64,000 nucleotides of DNA from Clostridium sp. CAG:508 (GTDB taxonomy: Bacteria > Bacillota > Clostridia > TANB77 > CAG-508). The stretch covers positions 88,731 to 152,730 of the forward strand of contig FR889109.1 in NCBI GenBank assembly GCA_000435755.1, read 5' to 3'. Positions 26,444 through 36,047 of the stretch are shown here, in pieces. The notes below the pieces were generated by a model. It was given only the letters and a program-made list of their open reading frames with translations. It made no database searches and was not told the DNA's origin. Position 1 is the stretch's first letter. Each line of letters begins with the position of its first letter. Made by a program: the position numbers and the translations under genes.

Positions 26444-27576
26444 TTGTAAAGATGGAAAAAAGAATTTTTTTAGCATCACCTCATATGTCAGAAGAAGGAT
26501 ATGAGAAAGAATATATAAAAGAAGCTTTTGATACAAATTGGATAGCTCCATTAGGAGAAAATGTAAATAAGTTTGAAGAAGAATTAGCTAATTATGTAGG
26601 AGCTAAATGTGGGGCTGCACTATCAGCAGGAACAGCTGCTATACATATGGCATTAAAGGCTCTAGATGTAAAAGAAGGAGATATTGTATTTTGCTCATCA
26701 CTTACATTTTCAGCAACAGCAAATCCAATTATATACCAAAATGCAACACCTGTGTTTATTGACTGTGATAGAGAGACATGGAATATGGACCCAGAGGCAC
26801 TAAAAAAAGCTTTTGAAAAATATCCAAATCCAAAAGCAGTCGTAATAGTACACTTGTATGGAACACCTGCTAAAATGGACGAAATAATGGCAATATGCAA
26901 CAAACACAATGTACCATTAGTAGAGGATGCGGCTGAAAGTTTAGGAGCGACATATAAAGGAAAACAAACAGGAACTTTTGGAAAATTCGGAATTTTCTCA
27001 TTTAATGGTAACAAAATAATTACAACAAGTGGTGGTGGTATGCTTGTATCTGATGATGAAGAAAGAATACAAAAAGTACGCTTTTGGGCAACACAATCAA
27101 GAGACAAAGCACGTTATTATCAACACTCAGAAATAGGCTATAATTATAGAATGAGTAATATAGTTGCAGGAATAGGAAGAGGACAATTAAAAGTTTTAAA
27201 TGACAGATTAGCTAAAAAGAAAGAAATATATGAAACATATAAAGATGCATTTAAAGATATACCAGAAATAGAGATGAAACCAGTACCAATAGATACAAAA
27301 CCAAATTATTGGTTATCTACAATGCTATTAAAAGAAGGTTCAAAAGTTACTCCATTAAATGTTATGGAAGCATTGGACAAAGAAAATATAGAATCAAGAC
27401 CTATATGGAAACCAATGCATATGCAACCAGTATTTGAAAAATATGACTTTATAAAAGTAGAAGACAAACCTGTATCAGAAGATATATTTGCAAGAGGAGT
27501 ATGTTTACCAAGTGATACAAAAATGACTAAGGAAGAACAACAAGAAGTAATAAGAATTATTAAAGAATTATTTTAG
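26440..27576 (+). CDS. DegT/DnrJ/EryC1-type sugar aminotransferase (PglE/WcfR-like)
   Basis: ATGA overlap with the upstream stop; an alternative start is at 26452. Motifs: SPHMS, EDAAESLG, FSFNGNKIITTSGGG. Confidence 0.88.
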   Translation: MIVKMEKRIFLASPHMSEEGYEKEYIKEAFDTNWIAPLGENVNKFEEELANYVGAKCGAALSAGTAAIHMALKALDVKEGDIVFCSSLTFSATANPIIYQNATPVFIDCDRETWNMDPEALKKAFEKYPNPKAVVIVHLYGTPAKMDEIMAICNKHNVPLVEDAAESLGATYKGKQTGTFGKFGIFSFNGNKIITTSGGGMLVSDDEERIQKVRFWATQSRDKARYYQHSEIGYNYRMSNIVAGIGRGQLKVLNDRLAKKKEIYETYKDAFKDIPEIEMKPVPIDTKPNYWLSTMLLKEGSKVTPLNVMEALDKENIESRPIWKPMHMQPVFEKYDFIKVEDKPVSEDIFARGVCLPSDTKMTKEEQQEVIRIIKELF

Positions 27577-27587
27577 GGGATTACAAA

Positions 27588-28286
27588 ATGTATAAAAAAT
27601 TCATAAAGAGATTTTTAGACTTAATATTAAGTCTAATGGCATTAATAATATTAATGCCATTGATGCTTATTATATATATATTAGTAAGAGTAAAATTGGG
27701 AAAACCAGCTATTTTTAAACAAGAAAGACCAGGAAAAGACGAAAAGATATTTACTTTATATAAATTTAGGACAATGACAGATGAAAAAGATGAAAATGGT
27801 AATCTGCTACCAGATGAACAACGCTTGACTAAATTTGGAAAAATGCTTAGAAGTACAAGTTTAGACGAATTACCCGAACTTGTAAATATTATAAAAGGTG
27901 ATATGAGTATTGTAGGACCAAGACCATTACTAGTTAGAGATATGGTTTTTATGACAGAGATTCAAAGAAAAAGACATAGTGTAAGGCAAGGACTCACAGG
28001 ACTTGCGCAAGTCAATGGAAGGAATAACATAACATGGGAAGAAAAAATAAAGTATGATTTAAATTATGTTGAGAATATTTCCTTCATTAATGATGTTAAA
28101 ATTATACTTAAAACAGTAATAAAGGTATTTAAAAGAGAAGATACTCAAACAGACGGAATGCAAACAGCAGAGGATTTAGGAGATTATCTAGTAAGAACCA
28201 ATAAAATAAGCAAAGATGATTATACATGTAAAAATAAAGAAGCACTTAAAATAATTCAAAAATTTAGAGAGAATAAAAGGAAATAG
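27588..28286 (+). CDS. small monotopic phosphoglycosyl transferase (bacterial sugar transferase, PglC/WcfS-like)
   Basis: Single re-entrant helix, plus PGKDEKIFTLYKFRTM and DELPELVNIIKGDMSIVGPRP. Confidence 0.9.
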   Translation: MYKKFIKRFLDLILSLMALIILMPLMLIIYILVRVKLGKPAIFKQERPGKDEKIFTLYKFRTMTDEKDENGNLLPDEQRLTKFGKMLRSTSLDELPELVNIIKGDMSIVGPRPLLVRDMVFMTEIQRKRHSVRQGLTGLAQVNGRNNITWEEKIKYDLNYVENISFINDVKIILKTVIKVFKREDTQTDGMQTAEDLGDYLVRTNKISKDDYTCKNKEALKIIQKFRENKRK

Positions 28287-28289
28287 AAA

Positions 28290-29519
28290 ATGAAAATATG
28301 GTTATTACAAGCAAGTGAACCGATGCCTATCAGTAATTGCAATGATAGATTATGGCGAATGGGAATGATTGCAGAAGAATTAAAAAAAAGAAACCATGAT
28401 ATCGTATGGTTCTCAAATACATTTGATCATTTAAAAAAACAACAATTATATAACAAAGACACAATTGTTAATGTAACAGATAATTATTCGATATATTTGA
28501 TACATGCTATGGGATATAAAAGAAATATATCTGTTAGTAGGATTATAAACCATAAGGTAATTGCAAAAAAGTTTTCAAGAATAGCTAAAAAACTTGACAA
28601 ACCAGATTTGATATATGCTTCATTTCCAACTATAGATTATGCAGAAGAAGCAATAAAATATGGGAAAAGGAATAATGTACCTGTAATTATAGATATAAGA
28701 GATTTGTGGCCAGATATATTTAAACATAATTTATCAAAGCCATTAGCATTGATAGCAAGTCCATATATAAACATTATGAATTATAAAACTAAAAAGATAA
28801 TGAGACAAGCTTTTGCAATAAATTCTATTTCCGAAGCAATGTTAGAGTGGGGACTAAAAAAAGGAAACAGAGAAAAAAGCAAATATGACCAATATTTTTA
28901 TATTGGATATGATAGTAACAATAGGAATATTGTGGAAACAAAAGAAATGAATAGTATTGATAAGGACAAGTTTAATCTTTCATTTTTTGCAACCATAAAT
29001 AATCAGTTTGATTATGAAAAAATTATTGAATTAGCAAAATTATTAGAAAAAGATAAGGATATAGTAATAAATATTTGCGGGGATGGACCACAGTTTGCAG
29101 AGCTTAAAGAAAAAGTTAAGGATGCTTCAAATATAAAATTACTAGGTTGGAAGGAAAAAGAAGAACTTAACTATATATTACAAAATTCAAAATTAGGACT
29201 AGCACCGTATAAAAATACATTTGATTTTCAAATGAGTGTATCAAATAAATTTGCCGAATATATATCATATGGTTTACCAGTAATTTTATTTTCAGAAGGA
29301 TATATGGAAAAGTTATTAGAAGATAATGAATGTGGAATAGCATCTCAGGATACTTCGAAACTTTGTGATTTTATTTTAGATGTAAAAAATGATAAACAAA
29401 AATATGAAGCAATGTCTAAAAATGCTCAAAATTTATATCAAGAAAATTTTGTGGCAGAAAAAATATATAAGAATCTAGTAGATTATCTAGAAAAAATTAA
29501 GGAGGAAGTAGAAAAATGA
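28290..29519 (+). CDS. glycosyltransferase, GT4-like
   Basis: 409-aa GT-B pattern with a C-terminal E-x7-E-like region. Confidence 0.7.
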   Translation: MKIWLLQASEPMPISNCNDRLWRMGMIAEELKKRNHDIVWFSNTFDHLKKQQLYNKDTIVNVTDNYSIYLIHAMGYKRNISVSRIINHKVIAKKFSRIAKKLDKPDLIYASFPTIDYAEEAIKYGKRNNVPVIIDIRDLWPDIFKHNLSKPLALIASPYINIMNYKTKKIMRQAFAINSISEAMLEWGLKKGNREKSKYDQYFYIGYDSNNRNIVETKEMNSIDKDKFNLSFFATINNQFDYEKIIELAKLLEKDKDIVINICGDGPQFAELKEKVKDASNIKLLGWKEKEELNYILQNSKLGLAPYKNTFDFQMSVSNKFAEYISYGLPVILFSEGYMEKLLEDNECGIASQDTSKLCDFILDVKNDKQKYEAMSKNAQNLYQENFVAEKIYKNLVDYLEKIKEEVEK

Positions 29520-30595
29520 AATATGCACTAATAGGATGTGGAAGAATTGCACCAAATCATTTAGAGGCTGCAGTAAACAATAATTTGGAAGTAGTAGGAA
29601 TCTGTGATATAATTCCAGAACACATGGACATTTTGATAGAAAAAGTTGGAATGAAAGACAGAAACTTTAAACAATATACAGATTACCATGAAATGCTAGA
29701 AACAGAAAAACCAGAGTTAGTAGCAATAGCTACAGAAAGTGGAGAACATGCTAAAATTGCATTAGACTGTTTAGATGCAGGATGTAATGTTATTATAGAA
29801 AAACCAATAGCTTTATCTTTGGAAGATGCAGATAAAATAGTTGAAAAGGCAAAAGAAAAAGCTTTAGTAGTATGTGCAAACCATCAAAATAGATTTAATA
29901 AATCTATACAAAAAATAAGAAAATCAGTAGAGAATGGAGACTTTGGTAAAATGCTATATGGAACTGCTCATATTAGATGGAACAGAGGTCAAGATTACTA
30001 TACACAAGCACCTTGGAGAGGCACTTGGGCACAAGACGGAGGAGCTTTAATGAACCAATGTATTCATAATATTGATTTATTAAGATGGATGATGGGCGAT
30101 GAAATTACTGAAGTTTGTGCTTACACAGATAACTTAAACCATGATTACATTCAAGCAGAAGATTTAGGAATTGCAATTGTTAAATTTAAAAATGGTGCGT
30201 ATGGAATTATTGAAGGTACAACAGATGTATACCCTAAAAATCTAGAAGAAACTTTATATCTTTTTGGACAAAAAGGTACAGTAAAAGCAGGTGGAAAATC
30301 AGTTAATATTATTGAAGAATGGACTTTTGAAAATCAAGATGAACCATCAGAAAAAATAAAAGAAGAAAATAGTGAAATGCCTAAAAACATTTATGGGTTT
30401 GGACACACACCACTTTATACAAACGTTATTCAAGCTATACAAAACCATACACAACCTTTGGTAGATGCAGAAGCAGGAAGAAGAGCATTAGAATTAGTTC
30501 TTGCTATATATAAATCAGCTGCTGAAGGTAGACCAGTTAAGTTACCATTAGATAAATGTTCAACAATGGATTTTGTAGGAAGATTTGATAAATAA
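29516..30595 (+). CDS. Gfo/Idh/MocA oxidoreductase (WbpB-like)
   Basis: The N-terminal GCGRIA Rossmann fold and EKP motif are present. The gene sits in a WbpB-E-D-A-type cluster. Confidence 0.8.
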   Translation: MKYALIGCGRIAPNHLEAAVNNNLEVVGICDIIPEHMDILIEKVGMKDRNFKQYTDYHEMLETEKPELVAIATESGEHAKIALDCLDAGCNVIIEKPIALSLEDADKIVEKAKEKALVVCANHQNRFNKSIQKIRKSVENGDFGKMLYGTAHIRWNRGQDYYTQAPWRGTWAQDGGALMNQCIHNIDLLRWMMGDEITEVCAYTDNLNHDYIQAEDLGIAIVKFKNGAYGIIEGTTDVYPKNLEETLYLFGQKGTVKAGGKSVNIIEEWTFENQDEPSEKIKEENSEMPKNIYGFGHTPLYTNVIQAIQNHTQPLVDAEAGRRALELVLAIYKSAAEGRPVKLPLDKCSTMDFVGRFDK

Positions 30596-30605
30596 GGAGA
30601 AAACA

Positions 30606-31730
30606 ATGGAATTTATAGATTTAAAAGCACAATATGCACATTTAAAAGATAAGATAGACAAAAATATTGAGAAAGTATTAAATGATTCTCATTACATAAT
30701 GGGAGAAGAAGTTAAAGAGCTAGAAGAAAAATTAGCAAAATATGTAGGAAGAAAATATTGCGTAACATGTGGAAATGGAACTGATGCATTAACACTTGCT
30801 ATGAGAGTACTTGACGTAAAAGAAGGAGATGCAGTATTTGTACCAACATTTACATTTTATTCTTCAGCAGAAGTAATATCATTAGAAGGTGCAACACCAA
30901 TATTTGTAGATGTTAATGAAACTTTTAATATGGATGCTAAGAAATTAGAAAAGGCGATAGAACAAGTAAAAAGTGAAGGAAAATTAAATTTAAAAGCAAT
31001 TGTTGCAGTAGATTTATTTGGACAAACAGCTAACTTCCCAGAAATATTAGAAATTGCTAATAAATATGGATTGAAAGTAGTTGAAGATGCAGCACAAGGT
31101 TTTGGTGGTTCAATTAGTGGAAAAAAAGCATGTTCTTTTGGAGATATTTCAACAACATCATTTTTTCCAGCAAAACCACTTGGATGTTATGGAGATGGTG
31201 GGGCTGTATTTACAGATGATGAAGAAATGTATCAATTATTACTATCATTAAGAGTACATGGAAAAGGCTCATATAAGTATGAGAATGTAAGAGTAGGATA
31301 TAACTCAAGATTAGATACAATTCAAGCAGCTATATTATTGCCAAAATTAGAAGCATTTGAGCAATATGAACTAGATGAAAGAAACAAATTTGCTAAAATG
31401 TATACTGAAAGATTAAAGGGAGTTGTAAAAACACCATTTGTTCCAGAAGGATATGTTAGCAGTTGGGCACAATATACTCTAATATTAGAAAATGAAGAAC
31501 AAAGAAATACAATACAAACAAAACTAAAGGAAATGGGAATACCTACAATGGTATATTATCCAATTCCACTTCATAAACAAATTGTTTATAAAGACTATAA
31601 TTTTAATGTAGAAGATTTAAAAGTTGCAGAGAAATTAAGTAAATGCGTATTGAGTTTGCCAATGCATCCATACATGAATGAAGAACAAATAGAGCAAATT
31701 AGCAAAGCTATTATAGAAATAATTAAATAA
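30606..31730 (+). CDS. DegT-type aminotransferase (WbpE-like)
   Basis: ORF 30585-31730. The ATG at 30606 follows AAGGAG. Motifs: EDAAQGFG, TSFFPAKPLGCYGDGG. Confidence 0.85.
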   Translation: MEFIDLKAQYAHLKDKIDKNIEKVLNDSHYIMGEEVKELEEKLAKYVGRKYCVTCGNGTDALTLAMRVLDVKEGDAVFVPTFTFYSSAEVISLEGATPIFVDVNETFNMDAKKLEKAIEQVKSEGKLNLKAIVAVDLFGQTANFPEILEIANKYGLKVVEDAAQGFGGSISGKKACSFGDISTTSFFPAKPLGCYGDGGAVFTDDEEMYQLLLSLRVHGKGSYKYENVRVGYNSRLDTIQAAILLPKLEAFEQYELDERNKFAKMYTERLKGVVKTPFVPEGYVSSWAQYTLILENEEQRNTIQTKLKEMGIPTMVYYPIPLHKQIVYKDYNFNVEDLKVAEKLSKCVLSLPMHPYMNEEQIEQISKAIIEIIK

Positions 31731-31747
31731 CAAAAAGGAGAAAGAAA

Positions 31748-32326
31748 ATGGAAGGTAAAGACTATTTCGTACATGAATCTAGTTATGTGGATGAGCCATC
31801 TGAAATTGGAAAAGGCACAAAGATTTGGCATTTTTCTCATGTAATGCCTAACTGTAAAATTGGTGAGAATTGTAACATTGGACAAAATGTTGTAATATCA
31901 CCAGATGTAGTTTTAGGAAATGGTGTAAAAATTCAAAATAATGTTTCTGTATACACTGGAGTTGTATGTGAAGACGATGTGTTTTTAGGACCATCATGTG
32001 TGTTTACAAATGTAATAAATCCACGAAGCTTTATATCGAGAAAAGATGAATACAGAAAAACTTTAATAGGTAAAGGGGCTTCAATTGGAGCAAATGCAAC
32101 AATTGTATGTGGACACAACATTGGAAAATATGCATTTGTAGCAGCAGGAGCAGTTGTAACTAAAAATATACCAGACTATGCACTAGTTATGGGCAATCCA
32201 GCAAGAGTTAAATACTTTGTATGTGAATGTTCAGAAAGAATGAACTTTGTAGATAATAAATTTACATGCCCAGTTTGTGGAAAAAAATATATAATGGAGA
32301 ATGATATTGTAAAAGAAATAAAATAA
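31748..32326 (+). CDS. left-handed beta-helix N-acetyltransferase (WbpD/WlbB-like) with a C-terminal 4-Cys tail
   Basis: Hexapeptide repeats throughout. The tail is CEC-x16-CPVC (32222-32278). Confidence 0.8.
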   Translation: MEGKDYFVHESSYVDEPSEIGKGTKIWHFSHVMPNCKIGENCNIGQNVVISPDVVLGNGVKIQNNVSVYTGVVCEDDVFLGPSCVFTNVINPRSFISRKDEYRKTLIGKGASIGANATIVCGHNIGKYAFVAAGAVVTKNIPDYALVMGNPARVKYFVCECSERMNFVDNKFTCPVCGKKYIMENDIVKEIK

Positions 32327-32351
32327 TATCAGAGAAAGGAAGTAATTTAAA

Positions 32352-33674
32352 ATGGGAATGAAAGAAAATTTGACAAAGAAAATTGAAAACAAGGAAATTA
32401 TAGTAGGAGTAGTAGGATTAGGATATGTAGGATTACCTCTTGCTGTAGAAAAAGCAAAAGCAGGTTTTAAAACTATAGGTTTTGATGTGCAAGAATCAAA
32501 AGTAAATATGGTAAATGAAGGACATAACTATATAGGAGATGTTGTAGACAGTGACTTAAAAGAACTAGTAGAAAAAGGAATGCTAAAAGCAACAACTGAT
32601 TTCTCTTTTATAAAAGATGTTGACTTTGTTGCAATTTGTGTTCCAACACCACTTGATGAACACCAACAACCAGACATTAGTTATGTAGAAAATAGTTCTA
32701 AAGCAGTAGCAGAACATCTATCAAAAGAAACTATGGTAGTACTAGAATCAACAACTTATCCAGGTACAACTGAAGAGCTAATAAAACCAATTCTAGAAAA
32801 TGGTTCAGGACTAAAATGTGGAGAAGATTTTTATTTAGGATTTTCACCAGAGAGAGTAGATCCAGGCAATTTAGTATATAAAACAAAAAATACTCCAAAG
32901 GTAGTTGGTGCAATTGGAAAAGATGCTACAGAAGTAATTGCTAAGATGTATAGAGCAGTGCTTGGCGCTGACATATTTGAGGTATCTTCACCAGCAGTAG
33001 CTGAAATGGAAAAAATACTAGAAAATACATATAGAAACATAAACATTGGGTTAGTTAACGAACTTGCTATGTTATGTGAAAAAATGGGAATTAGTTTATG
33101 GGAAGTTGTAGATGCAGCTAAAACAAAACCATATGGATTCCAAGCATTTTATCCAGGCCCAGGATTAGGAGGACATTGTATTCCACTTGATCCATATTAC
33201 TTAGACTGGAAAGCAAGAGAATATGGCTTCCATACATCATTAATTCAAGCATCTGGAATTATAAATGATAGAATGCCAGAATATTGTGTTGAAAGAGCAA
33301 GTAAAATGTTAAGCACAAGATTCAAAAAAGCTCTAAATGGAGCTAAAGTATTAGTTTTAGGTGTTGCATACAAAAACAACATTGATGATTATAGAGAAAG
33401 CCCTGCATTAAGAGTAATAGAGATATTACAAAAAGAAGGAGCTGATGTAGAATTCTATGATCCATGGATTAGTGAGTATAAATATAAAGGTGAAATTCAT
33501 AAAGGATTAGAGAAAATAGATGAAAAGAAAGTAAGCGAGGCAGATTTAGTTATATTCACAGCAGCACATAGCAATTATGATTATGAAATGATACAAAAAA
33601 ATGCGAAAGCAATATTTGATACAAGAAATGCAATGAAAGATGCAAAAAATAGAGATAATATTGAACTATTATAA
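32352..33674 (+). CDS. UDP-N-acetyl-hexosamine 6-dehydrogenase (nucleotide-sugar dehydrogenase, WbpA/WecC-like)
   Basis: VGLGYVGLPLA Rossmann fold and the catalytic GGHCIPLDP motif. Confidence 0.88.
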   Translation: MGMKENLTKKIENKEIIVGVVGLGYVGLPLAVEKAKAGFKTIGFDVQESKVNMVNEGHNYIGDVVDSDLKELVEKGMLKATTDFSFIKDVDFVAICVPTPLDEHQQPDISYVENSSKAVAEHLSKETMVVLESTTYPGTTEELIKPILENGSGLKCGEDFYLGFSPERVDPGNLVYKTKNTPKVVGAIGKDATEVIAKMYRAVLGADIFEVSSPAVAEMEKILENTYRNINIGLVNELAMLCEKMGISLWEVVDAAKTKPYGFQAFYPGPGLGGHCIPLDPYYLDWKAREYGFHTSLIQASGIINDRMPEYCVERASKMLSTRFKKALNGAKVLVLGVAYKNNIDDYRESPALRVIEILQKEGADVEFYDPWISEYKYKGEIHKGLEKIDEKKVSEADLVIFTAAHSNYDYEMIQKNAKAIFDTRNAMKDAKNRDNIELL

Positions 33675-33691
33675 GTTGAGGTATGTATTAA

Positions 33692-34783
33692 ATGCAACAA
33701 TCAAATAAAGTGTATATGATTTTAACAAATGGATTTGATCCGGATGTCAGAGTTTATAAAGAGGCAAAATATTTAGTCGAAAAAAACTTTGATGTAACAA
33801 TACTTTGCTGGGACAGAAGATGCGAATACATAGATAAAGAAGAGGAAATATTGGATGGAATAAAAATTAAAAGATTTTTTATTCCATCTACTCCTGGAAC
33901 AGGTTTAAAACAATTAATTCCATATTTTAAATTTATGAGAAGTGTAAAGAATTGTTTAAAAAATAAGGAATATAATTATTTACATTGCCATGATTTTGAT
34001 GGTATTGTTGTTGGAATGGCAACTAAGAAAAAGAAGAAAAAGCAAATAATATTTGATATGCATGAAATTTACAATAATTATGCTTATGCAAAAAATAAAA
34101 TATTTAAAAAAATCTTTAACAATATTATAAAAAAAGTAAATTATGTAATATATGTTAATAATGAACAAATAAAAAACATAGAAAAAAAAGAGAAACTAGT
34201 ATTTTTACCCAATTATCCTGAACAATGTACGTACTCACCAATTGACAAGGTTAAAGCAAATAAGATAAGAATAAATTATATAGGAAGTTTGAGAGATTAT
34301 GAATCATTAAAAGCTTTAGCAGAGATTGGAGTACAAAATCAAAACATAGAGATAGGGCTATATGGCTCCGGAATATGCTATGATAAGTTAAAGAAAGAAT
34401 ATAAAGATACTCCTGTTAAAATATACGGAAAATATGATGGCTTAAAAGATAGTGGAGAGATATATAGAAATACAGATATCTTATATTGTTCTTACAATCC
34501 TAGTATAGAAAACTGGAAAAATGCATATCCGGTAAAATTATATGAGGCTATTATAACATTGACTCCAATTATAGTTACAAAAGATACAGCAGTGGGAGAA
34601 TTAGTAGAAAAATATAAAATTGGAGAAGTAATTGCTTACAACAATATAGATTCAATACAAGAGAAGATATGTAAAATTCACGACAATTATAATTATTATA
34701 TTAACAATTTAAAGAACATATATCAAAAATATCAATGGAAAAGTATAGTAAACAATTTGGATATAATTTATAAGGAGAGATAA
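33692..34783 (+). CDS. glycosyltransferase (GT-B, GT4-like)
   Basis: 363 aa. The call rests on locus context and a GT-B-like pattern; it is a weaker motif match than its neighbours. Confidence 0.6.
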   Translation: MQQSNKVYMILTNGFDPDVRVYKEAKYLVEKNFDVTILCWDRRCEYIDKEEEILDGIKIKRFFIPSTPGTGLKQLIPYFKFMRSVKNCLKNKEYNYLHCHDFDGIVVGMATKKKKKKQIIFDMHEIYNNYAYAKNKIFKKIFNNIIKKVNYVIYVNNEQIKNIEKKEKLVFLPNYPEQCTYSPIDKVKANKIRINYIGSLRDYESLKALAEIGVQNQNIEIGLYGSGICYDKLKKEYKDTPVKIYGKYDGLKDSGEIYRNTDILYCSYNPSIENWKNAYPVKLYEAIITLTPIIVTKDTAVGELVEKYKIGEVIAYNNIDSIQEKICKIHDNYNYYINNLKNIYQKYQWKSIVNNLDIIYKER

Positions 34784-34787
34784 TTTT

Positions 34788-35960
34788 ATGCAGAAAACGA
34801 TAGTTATTTTAACTCATGTTACATTTGATGATTCACCATACTTTAGATTTATACATGAACACGCAAAAGAGCTAGTCAAACAAGGATATAAGGTTGTAGT
34901 ATTGGCTGCAATTAACTGGTTACCTATTCTTTCTTGCTTTCAAAAATATAAAAAGGATTTTATTGCAAAAATAAAAAATAAAAATAAAGTTCAAATAATA
35001 GATGGAGTAGAGGTAAGATATATAAAAACGTTATCGTTTTCTAATTTATTATATAATTCTCCAATAAATTTAAATGGAATTTCATATTATTTGAGAATAA
35101 AGAGTATTTTTAAGAAAATTAATAGAGAAAATGATGTGATATTGATAGATGCACATATGTTTAAAGTTGAGGGATATGCTGCTTATAAATTAAAAAAGAG
35201 ATATCCTAATATTAAAACAACTATAACATTGCATGGAACTAGTTTTTTTAGAAATGCTTCGACTAAAAATGGAAAAAGGTCAATAAGGAAAATTTTTAGT
35301 GTGGTAGATAAGGCTGTATGTGTAAGCAACAAAATTAAACGAATGATAGAAAACATAGGAGTAAAAAATACAGAAATAATTTATAATGGAATAAACCAGC
35401 ACGAATTTTCAAAAATAGACAAACAGCAATATAAAAATCAAATTACAATTGTAGGAGCTTTATATCCAAGAAAAAAGATTGATCTTACTATAAGAGTGTT
35501 TGCAAATTTAATAAAAAGATATCCTGATTTGAAGTTAAATATAGTAGGAGCAGGACCTGAAAGAGAAAGACTAGATGAAATTGTAAAAACATTAAAATTA
35601 GAAGATAGCGTAAGTTTTAAAGGACAAATAACTAATCAAGAAGTATTAGATTTGATGAATAAAAGTTACATATTTATTTTACCAAGCGTAGCAGAAGGCT
35701 TTGGAATAGTATATGCAGAAGCTATGAAAGCAGGATGTATTACCATAGGAACTAAAAATGAAGGAATTGATGGATTTATAATAAATGGAAAGAATGGTTT
35801 TTTAGTAAATCCAGAAGAAAAAGAAATTACTAAATTGATTGAAGAAATATATGAAAATAAATACGATATAGAGGGTATTAGAAAAAATGCATATAAAGCA
35901 GTAGAAAATTTAACATGGGAACAAAACGCAAAAAATTATCTAAAGCTTTTAAAGGAATAA
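34788..35960 (+). CDS. glycosyltransferase family 4
   Basis: The GT4 C-terminal signature is present (LPSVAEGFGIVYAEAMKAGCITIG). Confidence 0.8.
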   Translation: MQKTIVILTHVTFDDSPYFRFIHEHAKELVKQGYKVVVLAAINWLPILSCFQKYKKDFIAKIKNKNKVQIIDGVEVRYIKTLSFSNLLYNSPINLNGISYYLRIKSIFKKINRENDVILIDAHMFKVEGYAAYKLKKRYPNIKTTITLHGTSFFRNASTKNGKRSIRKIFSVVDKAVCVSNKIKRMIENIGVKNTEIIYNGINQHEFSKIDKQQYKNQITIVGALYPRKKIDLTIRVFANLIKRYPDLKLNIVGAGPERERLDEIVKTLKLEDSVSFKGQITNQEVLDLMNKSYIFILPSVAEGFGIVYAEAMKAGCITIGTKNEGIDGFIINGKNGFLVNPEEKEITKLIEEIYENKYDIEGIRKNAYKAVENLTWEQNAKNYLKLLKE

Positions 35961-36047
35961 ATAAGGGTAAAAAATATAAATATAGAATATTATGGAAATA
36001 ATAAAAAAATACTGTTAGTAAAAATTAAAGGAGAATGTAATTATAAA

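Noticed and set aside
28382-28389. A8 homopolymers inside glycosyltransferase and flippase genes (28382-28389, 37513-37520) as phase-variation switches.
   Set aside because: Runs of 7-8 A are common throughout this AT-rich sequence, in housekeeping genes as well. All of these frames are intact.
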